Positions 38,745 to 57,071 of a DNA stretch of 64,000 nucleotides are shown here, piece by piece. How positions within the stretch are numbered: position 1 is the stretch's first letter; every line of letters begins with the position of its first letter. The notes under the pieces were generated by a model. It searched no databases. It had not been told where the DNA came from and saw only the letters and a list, made by a program, of their open reading frames with translations. A program made the translations under genes and the position numbers. Source of the stretch: Eledone cirrhosa (lineage: Eukaryota); the NCBI GenBank assembly GCA_964016885.1, contig OZ024749.1, positions 16,554,001 through 16,618,000 of the forward strand, in the 5' to 3' direction.

Positions 38745-39127
38745 TAGAACTGTTGAACAAACTGCTTGTGACATTTCTTCTGTCTCTTTACGTTCTGAGT
38801 TCAAATCCTGCAGTGATCAATTTTGCCTTTCACCCTTGAGATCGATAAAATAAAGTACCAGTCAAATACTGGGGTTTGATATTAGCGATTTTTTCCCTTT
38901 TCCCTAAATCAGAAATCACAGTAGATTGGCAGTATCGGTAGAGCGTCTGACATCATACATCGCAACATAGATTTATGACCCTTTACATTCTGATTTCAAA
39001 TCCTGCTGAAGGTTGCTTTGCCTTTTATCATTATGGAGTCGATAAAATAAAGTACCAGTAATGTGCTGTGGGTTAACATAATTGGTTTTCCCTCCCCAGA
39101 ATTACTGGCTTTGTGCCTAAATCACGA
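38745..39127 (+). mobile_element. Two tandem SINE family 1 copies
   Basis: B-boxes near 38798 and 38993; shared body and tail. Confidence 0.75.
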
Positions 39128-39239
39128 ACACACACATATATAAATATATATGTGTGTCCGGCACTACAACGCTATTAACAATTTGGCCCTTTTAAGGGCC
39201 ACCTATATTTTCATTTAAGTTAACTCCACTGTTGGCGGA

Positions 39240-39373
39240 GAGCCGAGTCGTGGATGCTACAGAGAGTGGTCACGGAGCATCGGTGCCGTCTGGCTGGCCA
39301 TATTCTGCGTCTGCCAAATGACCGGCATTCGAAAACAGCGATGAACTGGACTCCGCCTGGCGGTAAACGGAGG
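39240..39373 (+). mobile_element. RTE-group LINE C-terminal fragment
   Basis: Translates RLAGHILRLPNDRHSKTAMNWTPPGGKRR. Confidence 0.55.
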
Positions 39374-39437
39374 GACATACCCTGAGATGTTAAATGGTTA
39401 ACCATTTAACATCTCAGGGTATGTCATGCATCATTAT

Positions 39438-39490
39438 ATTTTGTCTGATGAGGACGTACTGTTGTACCTCTGAAATATGTATAATAAAAT
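39438..39490 (+). ncRNA. Minimal hammerhead ribozyme, family B compact variant
   Basis: attttgt CTGATGA ggacgtac-tgtt-gtacctct GAAA tatgta TA ataaaat. Confidence 0.8.
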
Positions 39491-39566
39491 TTAATTGATC
39501 AAAAGAACATCTATTTTATTAATATTTGTATTTTAATATATATAATATATACATATATATATATAT

Positions 39567-39810
39567 CGTTTCTGAATTCATTTAGCAAGATTCTTTATCT
39601 GAAAACGTGTGTTGAAACCGATATTGTTATACTTTGGGAGGGTCATGTTGCCAATAAGAAACACATGCACCAGTTGCTTTCACTTCAATTTATTATAATA
39701 AATTTATAAATTTAGGAATTTATAAATTTCCGGTTGGTTGGTTGGTTCCACAACCAGATGATTGTTTATATATTGTCAAAGTTCTTTCGTCACACATTCT
39801 GTGACCTCTT

Positions 39811-39811
<1 letters not shown>
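39567..39811 (-). mobile_element. Family C element including its 3' extension, truncated within the hammerhead core
   Basis: Reverse complement of ~6538-6782. Confidence 0.8.
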
Positions 39812-42941
<3,130 letters not shown>

Positions 42942-43473
42942 TGTATATGTGTGTGTACATACTCGCGAGTGTGAACAGACGTGTGAAATACCAAACACAG
43001 CATGGCTCGATTGAAGTGTGTCGGACGGAGATGACTGCTGACCTGTGTAGCAGTAAATACTGACCAGAATTTATGATGACGTAGAAAAACAACAACCAAT
43101 GGCAAGACAAGAGTGGAAGATGTTTTTTGAAGGTGTTTTTTGATGATTACACTCTAGTGAGAAAATCTGCTCCGAAAGATGTCCATGTGTCCGTAGAACC
43201 TGAAGCCGTAGAATCAGCCAGATCCACACAATGATCATGTCTCGAGCTACCTGCCGGCGAAACAATTGTAACACGCAATAAACGGAGTCTAAATGCATCA
43301 CTGATTTTTGGTTTTTTTTTAAATATATATATATATATAGGAAAAAAGTATGACCCCGACGGCAGAGCTCAAGCCATTTCGACGGCTAATTCTGGACTAA
43401 ATAATGTTCCTATTACCCACTCTACTACCCTAAGTATTGATTACTTTGGTGCGTTATGGTCCATCTGGTTCCT

Positions 43474-43526
<53 letters not shown>

Positions 43527-43532
<6 letters not shown>

Positions 43533-44152
43533 ATTATTATTAATAATGCTTTCTTTATTAACCACAAGGGTTTACATAAAGTAGACATTAAGGACAGTAC
43601 AGGACAATACAGGACGGTACAAATGGGCATTTCTGCATGTAAAAAACAAAAACAGAGGATGTAACAAAAAAATAACAATGAAAAATTCCCCAATAAGGGG
43701 GAGACTTCGGAGGGACATTTGTGGAGAAAGCCCATTAAAAGGCCACAGTGACCCTGACCACCAGGGCAAGTGCCCTCTCCCAGTTTTCCACCTTTAATTT
43801 ACAGAAACATACTCAGAGTAGGCCCATTCACTCGGGCCATTCTTGCTTCTCTACTCTGATTTTCCTTTTCAAATGAAATTTGAAAAAGTCAATCAGAGCA
43901 TTACCGAAGAGGTAAGTGCTCGTCTTCAGCCCTTTCAAACGTGTCCACCATACTATCTCTTTCACCATGGCCACCAGACAGATAAAAACTGCCTGCCCTT
44001 CCCGGCTAAAGAAAGAGGACGGGGCAATCCTCACGATGGACTCAGCTGCTAGCCAGATCCGTCCTACACGCGACAGCAGGTGTTCGACGTAAACCCACAA
44101 GTCAGCAATTCTCGGACACTAGATGAGTGCGTGCAGGACGGTTTCGTCGCCC
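43527..44152 (-). mobile_element. L1/Tx1-like LINE 3' fragment
   Basis: ETVLHALI*CPRIADLWVYVEHLL..VKEIVWWTR resembles the CCHC/zf-RVT C-terminus; aataaa and (taa)n tail. Confidence 0.6.
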
Positions 44153-44202
44153 TTAATAATAATAATATATATATATTATTATTGTTATTATTAGGGCGAT
44201 TC

Positions 44203-44385
44203 ATTGGCAGTATCGGAAGAGCGTCGGACGCCATGCTTTGATGCATAGAGTTACGGCCCTTGCCATTCTGAGTTCAAATCCCGCCGAGGTTAACTTTGCC
44301 TTTCATCCTTACGGGATGAAAATAAAGTACCAGTAATGCACTGGAGTAATTGCTGGCCTTGTGCCAAAAGTAGAAACAATTATTA
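44203..44385 (+). mobile_element. SINE family 1, full copy, followed by an RTE 3' tail (44395-44440)
   Basis: A and B boxes, body and tail all present. Confidence 0.8.
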
Positions 44386-45009
44386 TTGTTGTTTTTTTCT
44401 AGTGCAATGGCCATACTCGATAACGAGGAGGCAGCCATCATATATGGGTATGTGTGAGTGTATATGTGTGTCTGCACGTATGTATGGTGTGTATATATGT
44501 ACGTTTGGTGAACATATATGTATTTACCTGTAGGTATGTGTGAGTGTGCTTGCTTTGTATATGCATATACACACATATTTATATGTGTATTTGGTGTATA
44601 CAATCGTAAGTGTGCGGGTATATGTGTCGCACCGGTTTACGTCCGTGTGCGCGTGTTTATGTGTACGTGCATGTATATGCATGGATGGCGTGTGTTTTCG
44701 CATATGCACGTGTATAAATGTGTGTATGTATATATTTAATTATTATTACTTTTATGATTTTAATAACCTCTGTGATTTTCGTTCAACTAATTTATTTACA
44801 TTATTCTGAACTCCGAAGCCGAGAATCATTCAGTTTCCTAAATAGTATATTAGTCTACGACTCCATTTATAACATAAAGGTGGTTTTGTCTTTGCGTGTA
44901 ATTGTTCTCCCCGCTCCACATAATGACGTATTATTTTCGCTTTTTTCCATTCATTGCCAGGGAACGTCTTCACGAACCAAAATATCGTCTTCCTGTTTTC
45001 CTTCAGTTG

Positions 45010-45103
45010 CAACGTTCTTCGAAACATTAACTTCTGCATTCACAGATTGATTTTTTTTTAGTTTCAGAAGATCCCGTTAAGGGTAAAAGCAGCGATTCTT
45101 TGT
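45010..45103 (+). mobile_element. Fragment homologous to Helitron internal sequence 59981-60071
   Basis: tagtttcagaagatcccgttaagggtaaaagcagcgattctttg is the near reverse complement. Confidence 0.6.
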
Positions 45104-45269
45104 GTATGTAGGGTGGGGATTGGAGAGATAGGTCAGAGGGATTACTTCGCTGGTAAGGGAGTGGAGTGTTAAGATGTGGAGAGGAGGAAAATTGGAGCAT
45201 ACTTTAAACCGCTAAATGTTGCTTCATCCCGTGCACATTGGAATGCAGGTCTCCTACAGTACTGTATAA

Positions 45270-45900
45270 CGCCAGAGATTTCAATTCTGTGTCATCACCT
45301 TTGAGAGGTACAATGGTGTCAGGTCAGTTTTTACCTCCTCATCCCAAACTTTCCTAGGTCTTCCTCTTCCATCAATTTCAAGCGGTCAACCTTTTATACA
45401 ACATCTCTACCTTCATACACATCACATGTCCATAACACAGCAATCTCCTCTCCTGCATACTCTATCTTATCCCTCTCGTGCTCAGGTTCTCTATAAGTTT
45501 ATTTACATTTTGTTCTTCATGCATATTAGTATTACACATCCATCGGAGAATTCAAGCTTCATTTCTATCCAATCTTCTGAGGTCCTCACTGCAATGCAGC
45601 ATTACTGTTCATATGCATACATCAATTTGGTGAAACAACCTTTTGTAGCTAGCAGCAGTTGTTCTTACTCTTGTTCTTACTCTTGTTACTGTACTTTCAG
45701 AACACCTACCTCCACTGCTAATTTGGTCACCCTGGTAACAGAAACTGTCAACTGTTTCTATGGAACCCTTTAAATATTTGATAGAGCTTGTCTCCCAAAA
45801 GTGATTGCGTCTCACTGCTCCAGTGCAATGACCAAATGTAAAACCTACGTTCTTAGCTAACTCACCTTGTATCCCACTAAATCTCTTGTGTACCAATAGA
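45270..45900 (-). mobile_element. Decayed RTE family 2 C-terminal region
   Basis: VHKRFSGI..IETVDSFCYQGDQISSGGRCSES. Confidence 0.7.
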
Positions 45901-45912
45901 CTCTTTAGTGTA

Positions 45913-46108
45913 AATAATTGTTTCTACTTTTAGCACAAGGCCAGCAATTATCCCAGTGTACCACTGGTACTTTATTTTATCGACCCCGTAAGGATGAAAG
46001 GCAAAGTTAACCTCGGCGGGATTTGAACTCAGACCATAAAGGGCCGTAACACTTTTTCTGCAAAGCATGGCGTCCGACCCTCTACCGATACTGCCAATCC
46101 GCCGCCTT
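45913..46108 (-). mobile_element. SINE family 1, full copy
   Basis: Minus strand starts ggcggcggattggcagtatcggtagag; B-box gttcaaatcc. Confidence 0.85.
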
Positions 46109-46349
46109 TAGTGTATATAATGTTTCATATACATAACATGTATGTGTGACCATTGGTTTCCAAGTCCACTTATGGCCACCACTGTTTATTGGGGGGAGGC
46201 ACTTCCAAACAGACCCTTCATTTGGCATGCTGACAAAGATATTAAGTTTTTTCCTCCAACAATCTTCACCCCAAACATAGGAGAGTTTCATTTTGTCAAA
46301 AAGGGAGGTAAATCCTTCGTAATGAAATTGTCAGGCTTAATTATATATG

Positions 46350-46982
46350 TAATTAGACACACATAGAAGTGGTTGATAGCTTTTACAATCTAGGTGACTT
46401 AATTAGCAGTGGAGGAGGCTGCTCTGAAAGATGAATAGCTAGAATAAGGATAGGATGGAAAAAGTTTAGAGAGCTACTGCAACAGTTGACCACAAAAGGT
46501 TTCTCTCTCTGTACAAAAGGACGATTTTATGACACATGTGGGTGATGTGCAATGATGCATAGTAACGAAACAAGGGCTGTGACTGCAGGGGATATGTAGA
46601 CTGGAGAGAAATGCAACAACCATGCTTTGTAGGATATGTTATGTAAATGTGAGAGAAAGGCAGAGCTTGGACTAGTTCAAAAAGTAGCTGGGTTTAAAAG
46701 TGATCTGAAGTGGTGTGTAAGAGAGAAGACTGTTTGTACGGACATGGGATGAACATGGATAATGACCACTGGGTGATGAAGTAGAAGGAAGCCATAGTAG
46801 GGGTAGACCAAGAAAGACCTGGACAGAGGCTGTGTGAACTAACTTCAAATAACTGACTCTCACAGAGAACATGGCAAAGGAACACGACGAGTTGAAAGAT
46901 GCCATGTTGAAAAGGACCTGTCCAACCAAGCAAGCATGGAAAAACCGACATAAAAACGGTGATGGTGTTGATGAAGATGACG
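46350..46982 (+). mobile_element. Decayed RTE family 2 3' region with tail
   Basis: IEVVDSFYNLGDLISSGGGCSE, GWKKFRELL, GRPRKTW and gatg tail. Confidence 0.75.
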
Positions 46983-47299
46983 TACATATACACACATACA
47001 TAACCAAATAAAACAAATACAGATATGCACATACTTATATACAAACACAGATAAACATATACATGGACACAAATTTCTACACACATACATTCACATATAT
47101 ATAGCGTATGTAAATTCTGAACACTACAGTTTTGTCAGCACAAGTCTTGGTTACAACTTCTACAAATAAAATGAAAGGAGAAGAATTTCTTAGCAAAACA
47201 GTTTTATTCAAAATATTAACAACATTGGTGGCACTATTTTAGGTGAGTGACATGGTTTTTATCTTGACTGATTGTGTTGCATTAAGTAATCTTTACAAG

Positions 47300-49411
<2,112 letters not shown>

Positions 49412-49759
49412 AATAAATTTTTCTTCAATAGAATACAGAAAAATTTTTGTTGTAATATTTTTTATATTATATTCCTAAAAAATATATTTTCTATATTTCC
49501 CTCAATTGTGATTTCAGTTAATATCTGAAGATAATACAAACTTCTTTTTCATCCAAGTTTAGTTAAAATACAAAATTATCTCATAGTGAAGAATATAAAC
49601 TCAGTTTTGAGAAAATATTTCACAGTAATTTCACGACAGATTTATATAAACAGTGTTATATGAGTTCTATTTTAAAAGTTTTAGTCTTCAAATGATGATA
49701 AATAGAGGTGATGTATCCGAGATTGAAAATAATAATATATCCCAATGTCATCTGGTATT

Positions 49760-49780
49760 CTGAAATAAGAAAGAAACAGT
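49760..49780 (-). promoter_or_regulatory. Probable 3' splice acceptor of the zinc-finger exon
   Basis: Reverse complement ctgtttctttcttatttcag|aatacc, ~350 nt upstream of the ATG. Confidence 0.5.
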
Positions 49781-50389
49781 ATGAGATAATACAGAATACT
49801 TAAAAAGCAGAGATAGATTTAACAGTGGAAATTTTATATTCCTATATTGGTAAACTGTAGATATCAACTTTCCTGTCCAGAGTAATTCTCTCCAATGCAA
49901 TCAGTGGTATTCCAGCATGCTCTATAAATGTTATCCTTCTATCTCTAGAGAGGTCTGCTCTATGGCAGTTTAGTGAAAAATTCATTCTGATAGGACTCTC
50001 TAACATAGCAATCATCTCCTCTCCTGGTGACATGTCAACACCAGTTTAACTTTTATCTTTTTATTAGTAGGAGTCAATGGTTCCTCTATATCTTTTTCTT
50101 ACTTCTTTTCTATCCTTCTCTGGGAGAAATCGGCTGTGTTTAGACCAGGAGTTATGAGTCTATATGAAGCCATACAATATCTGATTTCACTTGAAGTTTT
50201 ATTCAGATCTCAATTGTGTTCAGACAAGAGAGGTGATGGGCTCCATCAGGTTTTAAAATATGCCCGAGAAATACTGTATGTCACTTAGATTACCCCTATG
50301 ATTCCACCAGTGTTTCATTTGTTTAGGACTATGTCTGGGTTAGCCAGCCAAGTATCAGTAGAAGGGAAAACAGGGCCCTGATCCCCTCA

Positions 50390-50990
50390 GAAGAATGGCC
50401 TTGCTCAGTGTGCTAGAAATTCCATTCTCTGTCCAAAATACAAACAATGGGTACACAAGAGATGTAGTGGATCTCAGGTAGGTTAGCTAAGAATATAGGT
50501 TTTACATGTGGCCATTGCACAGGAGCAGTAAGCAGCAAACATTCACAGGAAGCAATGATTCACTTTCGTCAAATCGGACTGAGGAAACAATGTTTCCATT
50601 GGTCTTTCCAATTGCTAATACTATCTATCGGTCGCAACTCTAGGTAGAAGGAGAAATGTGAAATAAAATGTCTTGCTCAAGGACATAACACATCACCCGG
50701 ACGGTGAATCGAACTCACAACCTCACGATTGCGAATCCAATTCTCAAACCACTCAACCACACGCCTTCACAGGAAACAAGCTCTAAAAAACTCTTGGAGG
50801 GTCACATAGAGGAGGTAGACAGCTTCTGCTACCTGGGTGATGATATCATTAGTGGAGGTGGGTGTTCTGAAAGTAGAGCAGCCTGAATGAACATGGAATG
50901 GAAAAGGTTCAGGATGCTACTACCACTGCAACTTACTAAAGGCTTTTTCCTCAAAACAAAGGGCAGGTTGAATAATGCGTGTACGAACAG
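50390..50990 (+). mobile_element. Decayed RTE family 2 fragment interrupted by a minus-strand CORE-SINE head (50650-50770)
   Basis: WPCSVC..WVHKRCSG then HIEEVDSFCYLGDD; insert has tcttgctcaagga and gaatcgaactcacaacc. Confidence 0.7.
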
Positions 50991-51149
50991 TTTCACACAC
51001 ACACATATATATATTTATATAATTGTGTGTATGTGTATATATATATATATATATATACATTAAGACAATGTCACTGGACCAAGATCTTTAGCGCTACGCA
51101 GTAATACAGAAGACCCACCTTGCCTATGTACAAAGCGAATCCTACAGTC

Positions 51150-51634
51150 AGTAGGCACCTCTAAACCAAATATACACCCCGTCCCACTATCCCTACTCCA
51201 CCCACCATCAACACCACCCTTTCTCTGTAAAGTTATGTTGGTACCACAACATCCAGTCTTAAATAAATGAGGTTGTGTAGGTGTCACAACAAAAAAACAC
51301 ACAGTCCACGCTGTAATGTGGCTGTGTAGGTAACACGGTATGAAGCTCCCAGCCCACACTGTAAACGGGGTTAGTGTTAGGAAGGGCATCCAGCCGTAGA
51401 AAACCTGCAAGACAGTCCTATATGAGCAAGACAATCAAACTTGCCTCAAGTGGGACAATTCCCATCTAAACCCATGCTAGCGTGGAAGATAGACGTTAAA
51501 CGATGATGATATATACATACATATATATATATATAAAAATATTTATACATATATATAAATATCTATATATAAATATCCATGATGGCTGCCCCCTCATTAT
51601 CGAGTATGGCTATCGCACGAGAAGAAAAAGAAAC

Positions 51635-51665
<31 letters not shown>

Positions 51666-51690
51666 TAATAATAATGACAACAACAACAAT
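51150..51690. repeat. Compound repeat (RTE2-type 3' UTR on +, RTE1 tail on -), duplicated at 60577-61035
   Basis: High identity and the same order of parts in both copies. Confidence 0.75.
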
Positions 51691-51721
51691 AATAATATAC
51701 ACATATCATCATCATGTAGTG

Positions 51722-52045
51722 GGGGGGTGGGGGGCATATTGTCTATATGCTTCAGCTTCGGCTTGTACCCGTGGAGGGTCGGGTCCTCCTGTATTACTGC
51801 GTGACGTCAGAGGTCACGTGTGTGTCATCGCCTTTGAGAGGTGCAATTGGATAAGGTCGGCTTTTATCACCTCATTCCAGGGCTTCTTGGGTCTCCTCAT
51901 TCCACGGTTTCCATCGACTTCTAGTGCTCTGCATCTTTTTATGCAGTTGTCATCCTTCATACGCATCACATGTCCATACCAACGCAACCGCCTCTCCTGC
52001 ACACAGCATTTGATTCCTCTTATGCTCAGTCTCCCTCAATTCATT
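51722..52045 (-). mobile_element. RTE family 2 C-terminal fragment
   Basis: QERRLRWYGHVMRM..RPKKPWNEVIKADL. Confidence 0.8.
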
Positions 52046-52424
52046 CATGCTTTATATATATATAAATATATATATATGCAAGCAGGGAAAAGCGGACGTA
52101 AAATGAAATGAAATGAAATGAAATGATATATAAATATATATATATATATATACAATATTAAATAAATGGAAACTATATTTATAAAACCATATTTATTTCA
52201 TTATATATATTTCAGGGATATCATATTAACAATATGCTATGCCTTCCTCAGACAAAATACAATATAAACAGTTTTATAGATAAATAGATTCGACATACCG
52301 TAACAACATCGACTTGCATTTGAAGAGGTTGATTTGGCAGTGAAAAAATTGTACACAGAGAGAAAGAAAGAGAGAAAAAAGAAAGAAAGACAGAAAAACG
52401 AAGAAAAGGAAGAAAAAAGGAGAA

Positions 52425-54506
52425 ATGCATGGAACAAACGAAAATGTCTCGGACTTAAACAAAGTTTTCAAATCTAAAAGAAATCCACCCCCTAACAAAC
52501 TTTTATCTGACTTTGAAAACGATATAATTTCTATCATACAAGGGGTCAAATTCAAGAGAAACTTCAAAGGCCAGGAATATCTGAGAGGCATTAAGGATAA
52601 CATTGGGAGCTTAGAGAAAACTGAGAAGATCTTGGTGAAATCTGACAAGACCAACAACCTCTATGGAGTGCAGAAAGACATGTATAATGGCCTCATACTG
52701 AAAGAGCTGAGGAAAAAGTACAAGGTAGCAGATAAGGCCGAACTTGAGAAAATGAATGTCGAAGCATCTTGTATAATGCACGAGTTGGAAATTGAGAACA
52801 GAACACAACCTTTCGTGCCCAGGAAACCGAAGATCAATATGAAAGATCACAAGAGGAATTTTGAAAATGACCTGCCAGTTAGATTGATCGCACCATCAAA
52901 ATCGGACCTGGGCAAATTAAGCAAAAACATTCTTGACAGGGTGATACAGCAAATTAAGAACTTGGATTGTTTATCTAACCTGAGCTTGTGGAAGGGAACT
53001 GGAGAGGTTGTTGAGTGGTTTAAGCAAATTAAATATAACAATAATAATAAGTTTATTCAACTTGATATAGCTAACTATTATTCTTCTATTACCCCTAATC
53101 TACTAAATAAGGCACTAAATTACGCATTCAAACATACTGACCTAACTAGCAATGAAATGCATATTATATTATCGGCTAGGAAAACTTTGATAGAATTTAA
53201 TGACAAACTATGGACCAGAGCAGATAGAGATAGCAATTTTGACATAACTATGGGATCATCCAACTCAGCTCAGGTAACTGACCTTGTGGGCTTATTTTTA
53301 ATCAATTCGCTACATAGGAAAATACCTGGTACTACCGGAGGTTTATATTGAGATGACATGCTTTTACTTATTCATAATAATAACCCTGAACTAAATAGAA
53401 AATGTAAACAAATTACACAATTTTTTAATTACTTTAATCTTAAAATAGAAATTGAGAACAACCATAGAATAGTCAATTTCCTAGATATAACATTAAATCT
53501 CAACACATGTCTTCACTATCCTTTTCACAAGTTGAATGAAAACTTAAACTATGTCAACTTTAACTCTAACCACCCCAGATCTGTCAAAAACACTATAGTA
53601 AACTCTGTTCAAAAACGTATCTCTAGGATCTCGTCGAATAGAAAGATTTTCGACGAAAAAGCCCAATACTATAATGAAGCATTAGCTAGAGCAGGATATG
53701 CTGATAAGATTGTGTACATAGATAATGATAGACAAACTAAACAAAGTAACAACTTTTTTAATTACGGCAACAACCTTAACAACTATAATAGAAAGCATTA
53801 CAATAATTCCAAAGGCCAAAAAAGAAATAGAACTAGGAACATAATTTGGTTTGCCCCCCCTTTCTCACTAAACATTAAAACCCACATCGCTAAACTATTT
53901 TTCAAAGCTCTTGATAATCGCTTCCCTAGAACACATAGGTATCACTCAATTTTCAATAGACATACAATAAAATTAACCTACTCATCCACCAAAAATTTAG
54001 CACAAAATATTAATAGAATAAATAATAGGAACTTAAAACCTAGTGATAATAGCATAAATAATATACAAGTTAACAAATGTAACTGTAGAGATAGATCTAA
54101 ATGTCCGTTAAATAACAACTGCTTAGTTAAAAATATAGTATACAATTGTAATGTTAATACTGACTCTAATTCTTTTAACTACGTCGGTTCCACATCGACG
54201 GAATTTAAACTTCGCTATAATAACCACAAGAATTCTTTCACAGATCCAAGCAAAAAATCTTCAACGGCACTATCAGGCGTACTCTGGCAACTTAAGCTAG
54301 ATAACGTTAGATATTCGACGGCTTGGAATATAGTCTCAAGAGGGATTCCTTTTAATTCATCCTCTGAGACATGTGACCTCTGCGCAGAGGAGATATTCTT
54401 TATACTAAAATCTAAAAATTCCCTTAATCTACGGACAAATTTATTCAGTTGTTGCAAACATAGATTAAACTCAACGTTTAAATATAAATTTAAATTTAAA
54501 ATGTAG
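52425..54506 (+). pseudogene. Penelope-like RT and GIY-YIG ORF with one in-frame TGA in the YRDD motif
   Basis: KSDKT, IQLDIANYY, FDITMGS, GLY*DD, VNFLDITL, SNHP, WFAPPFS, CNCRDRSKCPL, IVY..YVG, CDLCAEE; 52425-53351 and 53358-54506 share a frame. Confidence 0.9.
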
Positions 54507-55885
54507 TATATTTAGTTTGATTTATATTTATATGGGAAACTAGCCGATAAATCTTTGATTCCTTCTTTTTATTCTTTTTATTTTTTATTTTTATTTTATT
54601 TTTATTTAAACATTCCTCATGAAAAATTAAGCTACCCTAAAAGCTGATGCTCCAAATATTTCGAATAAACGTTACACTAGATAAACTTCTATATTAAATA
54701 TAAGAACACATGTAGACCAAATTGGGCATCCTAAACTTTTTGAAATGATCTTTGCTAGATGTGATTTGATAGATAATTTTTGGCTTTATCTGTTTTTCGA
54801 CTCTGATGCTTATAATGAACTTGGCAATATATTGTCAATTAATTTTGAAGGGTTGATCTTTGTGGTTTATTTTTATTTTGTATTATTGTAGTATTTTCTA
54901 ATATTTTTATTTTTAATATTTTTATTTTTAATATTTTTAATATGTAAAATTTTTTAATATGTAATATTTTTAATATGTAATATTCTTTCGTAATATTTTT
55001 TTAGTTTTCTATTTTATTATTACTTATTATTATTATTGTTATTTTTTAGTTTTTTTAGTTTTGTTTCTGATATATATTTTTATTAGTATATTGAAATCTG
55101 CTCTCTATTTCTGCTTGATAGATAATCTTGTAGAGTAAAGACAGGAATAATAATACACATATATGTATACTCAAATTTTTATACCACATTGAGAATGTTT
55201 TCCGTGAACCTAGGGTTTGCAGAGTTGATCATGTAGATTCACATGGATGTTTGTAGCTATCACATAAACATATGAATTTTTTTTAAAAACTAAACATAAG
55301 ATCATTAATTTTCACACACTATGGATACTTGTCTCATTCAGGAATACTGATATTTACAATATAGTGGATGTTTTATAAATACTAATACCTCTACATTAAA
55401 ACATAGGGTTTTTACGCCTCGCATATATCTGGTTATTTTTAAATTTTTTCTCTCGCTATATTTTTTTTCTCTCTCTATATTTTTTTCTCTCTATATATAT
55501 CTCCCTTACATTAATACTAGAGCTAAATAAATAAATAAATAAATAAATAAATGTATCATTGATACATTTACTCAACAGACCTCCCACTACCTAATTTTCT
55601 ATATATATATGTATCTATCTCTATTTCCTCTCTCTCTATATATATATATCTCTTTCTGTTTCTTTACATGAAGTTCTTCTCTTTATCTATCTTTCCATCT
55701 CTCTATTTTGTTCCATGCATTTCTCCTTTTTTCTTCCTTTTCTTCGTTTTTCTGTCTTTCTTTCTTTTTTCTCTCTTTCTTTCTCTCTGTGTACAATTTT
55801 TTCACTGCCAAATCAACCTCTTCAAATGCAAGTCGATGTTGTTACGGTATGTCGAATCTATTTATCTATAAAACTGTTTATATTG

Positions 55886-55951
55886 TATTTTGTCTGAGGA
55901 AGGCATAGCATATTGTTAATATGATATCCCTGAAATATATATAATGAAATA
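55886..55951 (+). ncRNA. Minimal hammerhead ribozyme, family A, in the 3' pLTR (inverted copy 52194-52259)
   Basis: tattttgt CTGAGGA aggcatagcatatt-gtt-aatatgatatccct GAAA tatata TA atgaaata. Confidence 0.85.
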
Positions 55952-56079
55952 AATATGGTTTTATAAATATAGTTTCCATTTATTTAATATTGTAAATATA
56001 CTCCAAATATTTGTCGAGTGCTTTTATATCAGTTATAAATATTTACTAGTTGTAACCCAACAATTTTAAATATAACTTT

Positions 56080-56132
<53 letters not shown>

Positions 56133-56133
56133 T

Positions 56134-56708
56134 ATAAGTTGTAATATAATGAAACGAAATTTCATTTCTCACTCTTAGTACAGCACTTACTTAAATGTAA
56201 GTATGTATGTATACGTACATACATATATGTATACAGACGTACAGTAGCATGCATATATATATATATATATATATATACATACAGGTACACATATATATAT
56301 GTACGTATCAGTTTAGCGAATGTTTATTATAACGCCCGCTTTGTCCGTTTGTAAACAAGCGAACAGCCTGATTTATGCCATACGGTGTTAAGGCAACCAC
56401 GTCACCTTTTTGTTCAACACTGACACAGGAACGATGTACTAGTTTCAAGCTTGTTAGCTATCATCAGCACCGTATACCCTTCTGCCAGATAGTTGAACGT
56501 TCGAAAGTATATACTTTCCTTATGAAAATTAACGGCTGAGCAGCCTAATTTGCACATCGAGTGAGTTCAGTCGGCCAGGCGTACCGAAAACGATAAGTTG
56601 TAATATAATGAAACGCAATTTCATTTCTCACTCTTAGTACGGCACTTACTTAAATGTAAGTATGTATGTATACGTACATACATATATGTATACAGACGTA
56701 CAGTAGCA

Positions 56709-56748
<40 letters not shown>

Positions 56749-56975
56749 CAGGTACACATATATATATGTACGTATCAGTTTAGCGAACGTTTATTATAAC
56801 GCCCGCTTTGTTTGTCCGTTTGTAAACAAGCGAACAGCCTGATTTATGCCATACGGTGTTAAGGCAACCACGTCACCTTTTTATTCAACAGGCTGTTCGC
56901 TTGTTTACAAACGGACAAAGCGGGCGTTATAATAAACGTTCGCTAAACTGATACGTACATATATATATGTACCTG

Positions 56976-57015
<40 letters not shown>

Positions 57016-57071
57016 TGCTACTGTACGTCTGTATACATATATGTATGTACGTATACATACATACTTACATT

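Larger units (their letters stand above)
52153..56081 (+). mobile_element. Penelope-like element with inverted 5' pLTR and 3' pLTR (family A)
   Basis: 52153-52437 is an essentially perfect reverse complement of 55708-55993; RT-GIY-YIG ORF lies between; (TA)n flanks. Confidence 0.92.

Noticed and set aside
49842-50390. Unique-looking sequence with a 63-aa minus-strand ORF
   Set aside because: No recognisable motif; probably intronic or a decayed element
53349-53351. In-frame TGA as selenocysteine or an editing-rescued codon
   Set aside because: It aligns to Arg of YRDD in the 33-kb paralogue, not to Cys; CGA to TGA decay is simpler
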